Below are positions 19,328-28,019 of a stretch of 64,000 nt of DNA, piece after piece (within the stretch, counting starts at the first letter, position 1; each line of letters opens with the position of its first letter). The notes under the pieces were generated by a model that was not told the DNA's origin, did no database searches, and worked only from the letters and a program-made list of their open reading frames with translations. This DNA is from Actinomycetota bacterium. Its GTDB lineage: Bacteria; Actinomycetota; UBA4738; HRBIN12. The stretch spans positions 1,342 through 65,341 of the forward strand of contig JBGGNG010000003.1 of NCBI GenBank assembly GCA_041287635.1. The letters run 5' to 3'. A program made the translations under genes and the position numbers.

Positions 19328-19780
19328 GTGCTGGTCGAACGCGAGATCGTGCTGCCGGTTCCCCTCGAGGAGGCCTGGACCGTGCTGATGGACTGGGAGC
19401 GCCAGGCGGACTGGATGCTCGACGCCGACAGCGTGACGGTCGTGTCCGACGAGCGAGAAGGCGTCGGCGTGCGTCTCGCAGTGCGCACGCGCATCCTGGG
19501 CGTGCCGGCGTTCACCGAACCGATGGAGGTCGTGACCTGGAATCCGCCGCGTCGCCTCGACATCCGCCACGGCTCCATCGTGACCGGCACCGGCACGTGG
19601 CTGCTCCATCCGATCGAGGGCGGCACCCGCTTCACCTGGCGGGAGGACATCCGACTCGCGGCGCCCCTCGTCGGCGAGCTGGCCGCGGCGCTCTACCGAC
19701 CGGTGATGCGGGTCCTGATGGGCCGCGCAATGCACGGGCTTCGCGCCCACCTGATCGCGACAGGCCCGGCCCGGACCTGA
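19328..19780 (+). CDS. SRPBCC (START/polyketide cyclase-like) family protein
   Basis: This is the last 150 aa of shadow ORF 17348..19780: VLVEREIVLPVPLEEAWTVLMDWERQADWM... The start is GTG 19328. Confidence 0.7.
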   Translation: MLVEREIVLPVPLEEAWTVLMDWERQADWMLDADSVTVVSDEREGVGVRLAVRTRILGVPAFTEPMEVVTWNPPRRLDIRHGSIVTGTGTWLLHPIEGGTRFTWREDIRLAAPLVGELAAALYRPVMRVLMGRAMHGLRAHLIATGPART

Positions 19781-19788
19781 GCTCGGCC

Positions 19789-19794
19789 TATACT
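19789..19794 (+). promoter_or_regulatory. Candidate -10 hexamer (TATACT) for the riboswitch-led thiamine operon
   Basis: TATACT lies about 10 nt upstream of the riboswitch 5' end. No convincing -35 is present. Confidence 0.3.
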
Positions 19795-19799
19795 CGAAA

Positions 19800-19895
19800 C
19801 AGGACACGGGGAGCTCGGGGAACCGGGCTGAGAGGCCGGCTGAGGCGCCGGCGACCCGACGAACCTGAACCGGGTAATGCCGGCGGAGGGAGTTC
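19800..19895 (+). promoter_or_regulatory. TPP (THI-box) riboswitch
   Basis: cacGGGGAGCtcggggaaccgGGCTGAGAggccggctgaggcgccggcgACCCgacGAACCTGAaCCGGGTAATGCCGGCGGAGGGAg matches the conserved THI-box cores (GGGG.GC, CUGAGA, ACCC, GAACCUGA.C.GG.UAAU.CC.GCG.AGGGA). Its 3' GGAGGGAG doubles as the SD for GTG 19901. Confidence 0.85.
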
Positions 19896-19900
19896 CAGCG

Positions 19901-20542
19901 GTGCGAACGGCATTCATCTTCTGCGGCGGCGGTCCCGCACGCCTTCCGATCGACGTGCCCGACGACGCGCTCGTGTTCGCGGCCGACGTCGGGCTGGCGG
20001 AAGCGCAACGGCTCGGTGTCGCCGTCGATGTGCTGGTGGGCGACCTCGACTCGGTGGACCCGGTCGACCTCGAGGCCTTCGAAGGAGCGGGCGGCGAGGT
20101 GCGACGCCATCCCGAGGACAAGGACGCCACCGACCTCGATCTCGCGATCACCGACGCGATCGTTGCGGGTGCGGGCCGCATCGTCGTCGTCGGCGGAGAC
20201 CACGGACGCCTCGACCACACGCTCGCGAACGCCGTGCTGCTGGCGTCGCCACGTCACGCGGCCGTCGACGTCGACGCGATCTTCGGAGCGTCGCACCTGC
20301 ACGTGGTGCGAGGACGGCGGGAGCTCGTCGGGGCACCCGGCGAGCTGATCAGCCTGCTCGCACTCGGTGGACCGGCTCACGGCGTCCGCACCGAGGGCCT
20401 GCGGTGGCCGCTCGACGGCGCCGTGTTGGAACCCGGCTCGAGCCTCGGGGTGAGCAATCGCTTCGACTCCGTGCGCGCCGTGATCGAGGTCGCCGACGGC
20501 GTCGTCCTCGCCGTCCGGCCCGGGGCCGAGGTCGACGGATGA
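19901..20542 (+). CDS. thiN: Thiamine pyrophosphokinase
   Basis: FIFCGGG, VGDLDS and EDKDATDLDLA, plus a C-terminal B1-binding-like region. The start is GTG 19901, 8 nt after the SD. Confidence 0.8.
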   Translation: MRTAFIFCGGGPARLPIDVPDDALVFAADVGLAEAQRLGVAVDVLVGDLDSVDPVDLEAFEGAGGEVRRHPEDKDATDLDLAITDAIVAGAGRIVVVGGDHGRLDHTLANAVLLASPRHAAVDVDAIFGASHLHVVRGRRELVGAPGELISLLALGGPAHGVRTEGLRWPLDGAVLEPGSSLGVSNRFDSVRAVIEVADGVVLAVRPGAEVDG

Positions 20543-21597
20543 GCGTGCGCATTCCGGTCGTGTTCCTCGCCGCCGCAGTGTCCCTCGCCGCGGCCTGCTC
20601 GGGCAGCGAGACGTCGTCTGACCGGGGACAGCCCACGATCGTCCTGCTCACGCACGATTCCTTCGACGTCAGCCGCGACGTGGTGCGTTCGTTCGAGCGT
20701 GAGAGCGGCATCGACCTGCAGATCGTGCCGGCCGGCGATGCCGGGCAGCTCGTGAACAGAGCGATCCTGACCGCCGGGAACCCGGAGGGCGACGTGCTGT
20801 TCGGGGTCGACGACAACCTGTTCCCGAAGGCCGTGGAGGAAGGCGTGTTCGCTCCTTACGAGTCGCCGGATCTCTCCCGGGTGGACGATGCCTACGAGCT
20901 CGATCCGACCCATGCGGTCACGCCCGTCGACCACGGCGACGTCTGCCTCAACGTCGACCTGGACTGGTTCGATGGACGGGAGCTCGACCCTCCGACCGAC
21001 CTCACCGACCTCACCGACGGGCGGTACCGGGGACTCACCGTGGTCGAGAACCCCGCGACCTCCACGCCCGGGCTGGCGTTCCTGCTCGCGACGATCGCCC
21101 GGTTCGGTGACGACGGCTGGCAGGCGTACTGGCGCGACCTGCGCGCGAACGATGCGCTCGTCGTCGACGGTTGGGAGCAGGCCTACTTCGGGGAGTTCTC
21201 GGGCGCGGGCGGCGGTGAGGGTGAGCGTCCGATCGTGGTGTCGTACGCGACCAGCCCGGTCGCCGAGGTGCTCCTCGCCGAGGAGCCGCTCGATCGGGCG
21301 CCCACCGCCGCGATCACCGAGAGCTGCTACCGCCAGGTGGAGTTCGCCGGCGTGCTCGCGGGCACCGAGGAACCCGAGGGGGCGCGTGAGGTGATCGACT
21401 TCCTGCTGTCGAGGTCCTTCCAGGAGGACGTGCCCCTGCGGATGTTCGTCTTCCCGGTGGTGAGCGACGCCGAGCTCCCCGAGGCGTTCGCGCGGTGGGC
21501 CGAGGAACCCGAGTCGCCGCTCGCCCTGCCGCCCGTACGGGTCTCGGCCGAGCGGGAGGCGTGGGTGCAGACGTGGACCGACCTGATGCTCGGCTGA
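20539..21597 (+). CDS. Thiamine/iron-type ABC transporter substrate-binding lipoprotein (ThiB/TbpA-like)
   Basis: MSVRIPVVFLAAAVSLAAAC lipobox, then IVLLTHDSFDVS. ATGA overlap with thiN. This is the real C-terminal part of track ORF 19597..21597. Confidence 0.8.
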   Translation: MSVRIPVVFLAAAVSLAAACSGSETSSDRGQPTIVLLTHDSFDVSRDVVRSFERESGIDLQIVPAGDAGQLVNRAILTAGNPEGDVLFGVDDNLFPKAVEEGVFAPYESPDLSRVDDAYELDPTHAVTPVDHGDVCLNVDLDWFDGRELDPPTDLTDLTDGRYRGLTVVENPATSTPGLAFLLATIARFGDDGWQAYWRDLRANDALVVDGWEQAYFGEFSGAGGGEGERPIVVSYATSPVAEVLLAEEPLDRAPTAAITESCYRQVEFAGVLAGTEEPEGAREVIDFLLSRSFQEDVPLRMFVFPVVSDAELPEAFARWAEEPESPLALPPVRVSAEREAWVQTWTDLMLG

Positions 21598-23168
21598 GCC
21601 GGACCACCGTTGGGCGTCTCGCCCTCGCCGCCGTGCCGGCGGTGTTCCTCGGCCTCTTCTTCGTCTACCCCCTCGTCTCGATCGTCGGGTCGGTGATCGG
21701 CGATGTCTCGCCGGGGACCGTGCTCGGCGATGCCCGACTGCGTGGCGTGATCTGGTTCACGACCTGGCAGGCTGTGGTGTCGACGGCCCTGACGCTCGCG
21801 GCGGGCCTGCCGGCCGCCTACCTGCTCGCGCGCTTCCGGTTCCCGGGACGATCGACCTTGCGGGTCGCCACGCTCGTGGCGTTCGTGCTGCCGACCGTCG
21901 TCGTCGGGGCCGCGTTCGCGGGTCCGCGGCCCTCGTTGGCTGCCCTGTTCGCCGCGCACGTCTTCTTCAACCTCGCGGTCGTCGTGCGTGTGGTCGGCGG
22001 GTTCTGGGCGCAGCTCGATCCTGCTTTCGAGGACGTCGCGGCCGAGATGGGGGCGACGGGGATGCGTCGGTTCACCGACGTGCTGCTGCCACTCGCTCGC
22101 CCCTCGATCGTCGGGGCGGCGACCCTGGTCTTCCTGTTCACCTTCACGTCGTTCGGCGTGGCGCTGCTGCTCGCGGGGCCGGCCCGGGCCACGATCGAGG
22201 TGGAGATCTTCCGCCAGACGTCGCAGCTGTTGAACCTGCCGGTCGCGGCGGCGCTGACGCTCGTGCAGCTCGCGATCGTCTCGGGCTTGCTGTGGGCGAC
22301 CTCGCTGACCGAGTCGCGGACGCGTGTGCACCAGCCGGTGGTGGCGTCGAGCGAGGCGGCCCGGCGACCCCGCACCCGGGGGGAACGGGCCTTCGTCGCC
22401 GTGGCCGGTCCGCTGCTCGCGGTCGCGGTGCTCGCCCCGCCGATGCGCCTGGTCTGGCGATCGGTGCGCACGTCGACGGGGCTCACACTCGGTCGCTACC
22501 TCGACCTGGGCAGCGTGCGGGAAGGGAGCGCGCTCCCGATCTCACCGCTCGACGCGGTGGCGACGTCGCTGCGGGTCGCGTCCGGGGCAGCGATGGTCTC
22601 GATCGTGGTCGGGGTGTTCGCGGCCTGGGTGGTGGCGCGCTCGCGCCGGGGCTCGTGGCTGCGTGCTCTTTCGGCCGTGCCGCTCGGGGTCTCGGCGGTC
22701 ACGATCGGGTTCGGCTATGTCGTCGCCTTCGATGCGGGCGTGCTCGATCTCCGCGGCAACGTCTGGCTGTTGGTGGCCGCCCAGGCCGTGGTCGCGGTCC
22801 CGTTCGTCGTGCGCCTCGTCGAGCCGGTGCTCAGTGCGACCGGCATGGAACTGCGGGAACAGGCGGCGGCGCTCGGCGCCTCGCCGTGGCAGACGGCGCG
22901 CGACGTGTTGCTGCCCGTCGCCTCCCGAGCGATCCTCGGGGCCGCCGCGTTCGCGTTCGCCGTGGCGCTGGGTGAGTTCGGCGCGACCGCGTTCGTCGCC
23001 CGGCTCGACTCACCGACGATGCCGGTCGCGATCGCGCGCCTGCTCTCCCAGCCGGGCGCCGCCTCCATGGGCCAGGCCACCGCGATGAGCGTGGTGCTGA
23101 TGGCCGTGACGGCCGCGATCACGATCGCGATCGACCGCTTCAGGGTCGGCGCGTTCGGCCGGATCTGA
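21573..23168 (+). CDS. ABC transporter permease, duplicated two-domain type (ThiP-like)
   Basis: About 530 aa with many TM segments and two BPD-type halves. The start is uncertain; I picked GTG 21573, and GTG 21561 is also possible. Confidence 0.8.
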   Translation: MDRPDARLSRTTVGRLALAAVPAVFLGLFFVYPLVSIVGSVIGDVSPGTVLGDARLRGVIWFTTWQAVVSTALTLAAGLPAAYLLARFRFPGRSTLRVATLVAFVLPTVVVGAAFAGPRPSLAALFAAHVFFNLAVVVRVVGGFWAQLDPAFEDVAAEMGATGMRRFTDVLLPLARPSIVGAATLVFLFTFTSFGVALLLAGPARATIEVEIFRQTSQLLNLPVAAALTLVQLAIVSGLLWATSLTESRTRVHQPVVASSEAARRPRTRGERAFVAVAGPLLAVAVLAPPMRLVWRSVRTSTGLTLGRYLDLGSVREGSALPISPLDAVATSLRVASGAAMVSIVVGVFAAWVVARSRRGSWLRALSAVPLGVSAVTIGFGYVVAFDAGVLDLRGNVWLLVAAQAVVAVPFVVRLVEPVLSATGMELREQAAALGASPWQTARDVLLPVASRAILGAAAFAFAVALGEFGATAFVARLDSPTMPVAIARLLSQPGAASMGQATAMSVVLMAVTAAITIAIDRFRVGAFGRI

Positions 23169-23171
23169 CGG

Positions 23172-23501
23172 TCAGATCGACGGCGTCGGTGGAGGCGCCG
23201 TCGTCACCTGCACGACCGCCGGTTCCTCCGAGGCGTTGCGGATCGTGAGCTCGGTGCCGGCCGGCACGAGCACGGCGTTCCATTGACTCATGCGGGTACG
23301 CCCCTTGCCGACCTGCACCGCGACCTCACCGGCGAGCACCGACACGATCGCGTCGGAGCCCGTGTCGGCGATCGGGCCGATGCCCTGTGCACCCTGCAGG
23401 CAGATCAGCTGGCTCCAGATGCGCTCGGTCTCGAACAGGACCTCGGTGCGCGCCGCCTCGTCGTCGAACCAGACGAGGTCTCGCATGTCTCGCGGCTTCA
23501 T
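23172..23501 (-). CDS. Cupin domain protein
   Basis: 109 aa with a small beta-barrel-like sequence (VSVLAGEVAVQVG...VLVPAGTELTIRN). Confidence 0.55.
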   Translation of the reverse strand: MKPRDMRDLVWFDDEAARTEVLFETERIWSQLICLQGAQGIGPIADTGSDAIVSVLAGEVAVQVGKGRTRMSQWNAVLVPAGTELTIRNASEEPAVVQVTTAPPPTPSI

Positions 23502-23600
23502 CGCCGCTCAGCCTACGGGTCACGCCGATAGACTGCCCGGCAACGCGCGCGCCCATCGCGGCGCCCGATCGAGACCCACGACGAAGGAGCGGATCGCCAC

Positions 23601-25079
23601 GTGACCACCTACGCCTACTCGAGCGAGTCTCCCGCCGACGTGAAGGCCGGGCTCCTGATCGTGCCCGTGTTCCAGGGACCCAAGCCCGGGCCGGGGGTTC
23701 GCGAGACCGGGCTCGCGAAGGCGTACGCCGACGCGAAGCTCACCGGCAAGAAGGGGGAGTCCGTGCTCGTGACGCGGCGCGATCGCGACCGCTTCGCGGC
23801 CGGTGCGGTCTTGCTCGTCGGGGTCGGACCCAGGGACGAGGTCACGATCGAGGGCATGCGTCGCGCACTCGGGCGTGCCGCCGGCACCGCACGCCGCTTC
23901 GGCAGCGCCGCGACGACGTTCCCGCAGGCCTTCGGCGCCCGCCAGGGCGCCGACGCGGTCCAGGCGGCCGCCGAGGGCCTGGGGCTCGGCGACTACCGCT
24001 TCGATCGCTATCGCACGAATCGTGACGATGCGACCGGGTTGAAGCGGGTAGTCGTCCTCGGCAACCCGAAGTGGGAGGCGAGGGGCCTCTCGGCGGCGGT
24101 GAAGCGAGCGTCGATCGTCGTCGACGCCGTCTGCTGGGCCCGCGACCTCGTGAACACGCCCGCCGGTGACATGCCGCCCGCCGAGATCGCGCGAGAGGCC
24201 CAACGGATGGCCCGCTCGGTCGGTCTCACGTGCAAGGTCTGGAACGAGTCGCAGCTCGAGAAGGGCGGGTTCGGCGGCATCCTGGGTGTCGGCAAGGGCA
24301 GCGTGAACCCTCCCCGTCTGATCGAGCTCACGTACACAGGCGCGGGCAACGCGACGCCGATCGCCCTCACCGGCAAAGGCATCGCCTTCGACTCAGGCGG
24401 TCTGTCGATCAAGGATGCCAAGGGCATGGAGACGATGAAGGACGACATGGGCGGCGCCGCGTCGATCCTCGGCACGATGAAGGCGATCGCCCGGCTGAAG
24501 CCGAAGATCAACGTGATCGCGGCGATCCCGTGCAGCGAGAACATGCCGAGCGGGTCCGCGCAGAAGCCCGGCGACGTGATCACCCATCGCGGCGGGAAGA
24601 CCTCCGAGGTGCTGAACACCGACGCCGAGGGCCGGCTCGTGCTTGCCGACGCGCTCGCGCTGCTGGCCGAGCGCGAGCCGCAGCTGATCGTCGACACGGC
24701 GACTCTCACGGGGGCGTGTGTGGTCGCGCTCGGCACCGGCATCACCGGCGCGTTCGGCAACGACGATGGGCTGGTCCGCGACCTGATCGCCGCGGGCGAC
24801 GCGACCGGCGAGCCGATCTGGCAGATGCCGCTGCACCGGGACTACCGCCCGCTGATCGACTCCAGCGTCGCCGACATCAAGAACATCGGCGATCGCTGGG
24901 GCGGCGCGATCACCGCGGCCTGGTTCCTGGCGGAGTTCGTCGGCGACACGCCCTGGTGCCACCTCGACATCGCCGGCCCCGCGTTCAACGACCGGGGGAC
25001 CGACCTGAGCCCTCGAGGGGCCACCGGCACGCCCGTGCGAGCGCTGGTGCGGTTCGTGCTCGATCGGGCGGCCGCGTAG
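23601..25079 (+). CDS. pepA: Leucyl aminopeptidase (M17)
   Basis: GKGIAFDSGGLSIK and the signature NTDAEGRLVLADAL. Confidence 0.9.
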   Translation: MTTYAYSSESPADVKAGLLIVPVFQGPKPGPGVRETGLAKAYADAKLTGKKGESVLVTRRDRDRFAAGAVLLVGVGPRDEVTIEGMRRALGRAAGTARRFGSAATTFPQAFGARQGADAVQAAAEGLGLGDYRFDRYRTNRDDATGLKRVVVLGNPKWEARGLSAAVKRASIVVDAVCWARDLVNTPAGDMPPAEIAREAQRMARSVGLTCKVWNESQLEKGGFGGILGVGKGSVNPPRLIELTYTGAGNATPIALTGKGIAFDSGGLSIKDAKGMETMKDDMGGAASILGTMKAIARLKPKINVIAAIPCSENMPSGSAQKPGDVITHRGGKTSEVLNTDAEGRLVLADALALLAEREPQLIVDTATLTGACVVALGTGITGAFGNDDGLVRDLIAAGDATGEPIWQMPLHRDYRPLIDSSVADIKNIGDRWGGAITAAWFLAEFVGDTPWCHLDIAGPAFNDRGTDLSPRGATGTPVRALVRFVLDRAAA

Positions 25080-25091
25080 GGGTTCGGCCCG

Positions 25092-25817
25092 GTGGCTGAC
25101 GCTGCACCCGCCCATCGCACCGGCCCCGCGCTCGGCATCTTCGCGCACCCCGACGACGCGGAGATCGCCGCGGGCGGATTGCTCGCGAACTGGGTTGACG
25201 CCGGCCGAGAGGTGCACCTGCTCGTGCTCACGAACGGCGACCGTGGATCGCAGGATCCGCAGCTCGACCGGGCGGAGCTCGCGCGCGTCCGCGCCCTCGA
25301 GACGCAGGGCGCCGGCGACGTGCTCGGCCTCGCGAGCGTGCGCATCCTCGATGTGCACGACGGCGACCTGCAGAACACCGACGACGTGCGTGAGCAGGTG
25401 GTGCGCCGCATCCGTGAGGTGCGCGCCGAGACCGTCCTCTCGGTGGACCCCACCGCCGTGTTCTTTCGCAACAGCTACTACAACCACTCCGATCATCGGA
25501 ACGCGGGCTGGATCGCGCTCGACTCGGCGTTCCCCGGCTCGGGCAACCCGCACTTCTTCCCCGAGCACCTCGGCGACGGCGTCGGCGTGCAGGACGTCAC
25601 CGACGTCTGGCTCGGCTGGACGAACGAGCCGAATCACACCGAGGATGTCACGGGCACCTGGCAGCGGAAGATCGACGCGCTCGCCCGACACGACTCGCAG
25701 CTGTCCGAGGGCATCGCGTACTTCGAGCGATTCCTGCTGGAAGAAGCCGAGGAAGCAGGGAAGACGATCGGCGTCGGGCGGGCGGAGGAGTTTCGCCGGC
25801 TCGACCTCTCCGAGTGA
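25092..25817 (+). CDS. PIG-L/LmbE family deacetylase
   Basis: IFAHPDDAEIAAGG and HSDH motifs. Confidence 0.8.
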   Translation: MADAAPAHRTGPALGIFAHPDDAEIAAGGLLANWVDAGREVHLLVLTNGDRGSQDPQLDRAELARVRALETQGAGDVLGLASVRILDVHDGDLQNTDDVREQVVRRIREVRAETVLSVDPTAVFFRNSYYNHSDHRNAGWIALDSAFPGSGNPHFFPEHLGDGVGVQDVTDVWLGWTNEPNHTEDVTGTWQRKIDALARHDSQLSEGIAYFERFLLEEAEEAGKTIGVGRAEEFRRLDLSE

Positions 25818-26809
25818 CCACCGGACACCGCCGACGTACGGAAGGCGAAGCGATGATCGACGACAGCACGGACCTTCCCGTCGGCTACGGGTTCCGAGCA
25901 CCGATGCCCGACGACCTCGACGCGGTAGGCGACGTGGTCGCGGCGGATCAACGCGAAGGTGCCGAGGAGCCCGTCCTCGACACGGGGTTCGTCCGGCAGG
26001 TGTGGAGCAGGCCCGACTTCGATCTCGCCGCCGACGCCTGGGTCGTCACCGACGGCACGGGCGCGATCGTCGCGTACGGTCAGGTCAGGCGCGAGGAGCC
26101 GGACATCGTCGGGTCGTGGGGTGCGGTCCATCCCGCGCACCTGGACCGAGGCATCGGCACCTGGCTGCTGGATCGGATCGAGGCGCGGGCGTCCCTGCTC
26201 CTCGCCGACGCCCCGGCACCGCGTTTCCGTCACTCGGTCAACGCAGTCGACCCTGCGGTGGCGGCGATGCTCGCCCGTCGAGGGCTGCGTCCGATCCGCC
26301 ACTTCTGGCACATGCAGATCGACCTCACATCACCGTTCGATCCGGGAGCATCGTCGGAGGGGATCGAGATCGTGGGGATCGATGCAGGCGTCGATCTCAG
26401 GGCGGTCCATGCCGTGCTCGAGGTCGCGTTCGCCGACGACCCGGGTGACCATCCCGTGCCGTTCGATCGATGGATCGAGGAGGAGACGGGGAGTCCGAGT
26501 CATGACCCCACGCTCTGGCTCCTCGCGCGGGACGGTGGGCTCGCGGTCGGCGCGCTCGCAGCGAGCGCAGGCGACGACGGTGGATGGGTCGACTGGCTCG
26601 CGGTCCTGGCCTCGCATCGAGGGCGCGGGATCGGCGCGTCGCTCCTTCGGCGATCGTTCGCCTCGTTCGCCGCCCGAGGGGTGCGTCGCGTGATGGTGAG
26701 CGTCGACGCGGAGAATCTGACGGGCGCGACGGCCGTCTACGAACGCGTCGGGATGCGGGTCGTGAACGGGTGGGATCTGTGGGAACGCTCGCTCGTCGAC
26801 CCTCGATGA
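25814..26809 (+). CDS. GNAT N-acetyltransferase with two tandem GNAT halves (MshD-like architecture)
   Basis: Two motif-A-like segments, HLDRGIGTWLL and HRGRGIGASLL. GTGA overlap with the PIG-L gene. The start may be Met 25853. Confidence 0.7.
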   Translation: MTTGHRRRTEGEAMIDDSTDLPVGYGFRAPMPDDLDAVGDVVAADQREGAEEPVLDTGFVRQVWSRPDFDLAADAWVVTDGTGAIVAYGQVRREEPDIVGSWGAVHPAHLDRGIGTWLLDRIEARASLLLADAPAPRFRHSVNAVDPAVAAMLARRGLRPIRHFWHMQIDLTSPFDPGASSEGIEIVGIDAGVDLRAVHAVLEVAFADDPGDHPVPFDRWIEEETGSPSHDPTLWLLARDGGLAVGALAASAGDDGGWVDWLAVLASHRGRGIGASLLRRSFASFAARGVRRVMVSVDAENLTGATAVYERVGMRVVNGWDLWERSLVDPR

Positions 26810-26845
26810 GCCCCGCGCCCCCCGGCGGCCACATTCGAACGCAGG

Positions 26846-26977
26846 ATGCCCAGCATGCGTGGGTGGATCGCCGTGGTGATCGGCATCCTCGTCGTCGTGG
26901 GCTGGCGCTGGTCTTCACCACGCGCTGTCGACGCGGTCGCGCGCTATCCTCGGGCGGCCGAGGGGAGGTTTCGATGA
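26846..26977 (+). CDS. Candidate 43-aa single-TM micro-protein
   Basis: My translation is MPSMRGWIAVVIGILVVVGWRWSSPRAVDAVARYPRAAEGRFR*. The frame is GC3-rich, and its TGA overlaps the ATG of the next gene (ATGA). It is below the ORF-track size cutoff, and the SD is weak. Confidence 0.3.
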   Translation: MPSMRGWIAVVIGILVVVGWRWSSPRAVDAVARYPRAAEGRFR

Positions 26978-27363
26978 AGAAGGCGACGATCTTGGCGGTC
27001 CTGGTTGTGGTGTTCGCCGTGGCAGCGTGCTCCGGTGACGAGGCGGAGCCGGTCGAGGAGTCGGGTTCCTCAACCACCGAGGCGGAGCAGGGATGCGACT
27101 CGCCCGTCGAGACCGCGACCATCCAGATCGCCGACCTCGCGTTCGAGCCCGACTGCATCGAGCTGCCCGCAGGCACGGATTCCCTGACGATCGAGAACAC
27201 CGATGACACCGATCACACGTTCACGATCGCGGAGATCAACCTGAATACCGAGATCGGTCCGAGCGCCGACGTCGGGGTCGACGTCGCCGCGATCAACGAC
27301 GGAGTCTGGGCGTTCCGATGCACCATCCACCCGCAGATGACGGGGTTCCTCACCCGTCGCTGA
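26974..27363 (+). CDS. Secreted cupredoxin lipoprotein (paralog of 2306-2698)
   Basis: AGGGGAGG SD. MKKATILAVLVVVFAVAAC lipobox, an acidic linker, DHTFT, and C-x2-H-x2-M (RCTIHPQM). Confidence 0.8.
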   Translation: MKKATILAVLVVVFAVAACSGDEAEPVEESGSSTTEAEQGCDSPVETATIQIADLAFEPDCIELPAGTDSLTIENTDDTDHTFTIAEINLNTEIGPSADVGVDVAAINDGVWAFRCTIHPQMTGFLTRR

Positions 27364-27370
27364 AGCCGTC

Positions 27371-27970
27371 CTACCAGCGTCCGCGGTGGACCTGCTCCTC
27401 GAAGGGCCGGCGTTCTCGCGTCGTCCAGGAGCCGCCCGGTCGTTCGTCGTCCGCCCGGAACCCGAACCCCATGATGCCGATCGGATGCAGGCCTTCCGGT
27501 ACCCCGAGGCGGTCCAAGAGCTCGCGCTCGCCATGCGTGATCCCGAAGAACCAGCCGCCGAGGCCCTCGTCGACGGCTGCCAGCAACATCAGCATCGACG
27601 CCATCGCCGCGTCGATCTCCCAGAACTTCACCGGCCAGTGCTCGGTCTCGTCCATGCCGAACGCGATCTTGTCGGGCTGGGAGTACCGCTCCAGGTAGCG
27701 GCCGGGGTCGGGGATCGGGAGCACGAGCACCGTCGGTCCCACCGCGACGTCGTCGACATCCCACCCGAACTCCGGATCGCGCGTGATCTCCCAGAACGCG
27801 GCGAGGTCATCGGGCTGATCCATCACGAGGAACTCCACGCCTTGGGCGAATCCCGCCGATGGCCCCCGCCGCCCGGTCTCGAGGACTCGATCCATCGTCT
27901 CGCGAGGGACGGGGCGTTGATCGAACCGCCGCACCATGCGCCGACGCCGCACGACCTCCGAGAACTCCAT
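27371..27970 (-). CDS. Nitroreductase family protein
   Basis: MEFSEVVRRRRMVRRFDQRPVP... is typical of the family. I trimmed the start to ATG 27970. Confidence 0.8.
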   Translation of the reverse strand: MEFSEVVRRRRMVRRFDQRPVPRETMDRVLETGRRGPSAGFAQGVEFLVMDQPDDLAAFWEITRDPEFGWDVDDVAVGPTVLVLPIPDPGRYLERYSQPDKIAFGMDETEHWPVKFWEIDAAMASMLMLLAAVDEGLGGWFFGITHGERELLDRLGVPEGLHPIGIMGFGFRADDERPGGSWTTRERRPFEEQVHRGRW

Positions 27971-28019
27971 GGCCCGCGAGCCTAGTCCGCCGGGGCGTGG
28001 AGGGACCGCCGAGCGGAGG

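Noticed and set aside
17348-19780. 810-aa + strand ORF covering the hutH end, antisense hutI and beyond
   Set aside because: Only the last 150 aa (from GTG 19328) look like a real SRPBCC protein. The rest is Arg/Gly-rich junk overlapping hutH and hutI, which have unambiguous motifs.
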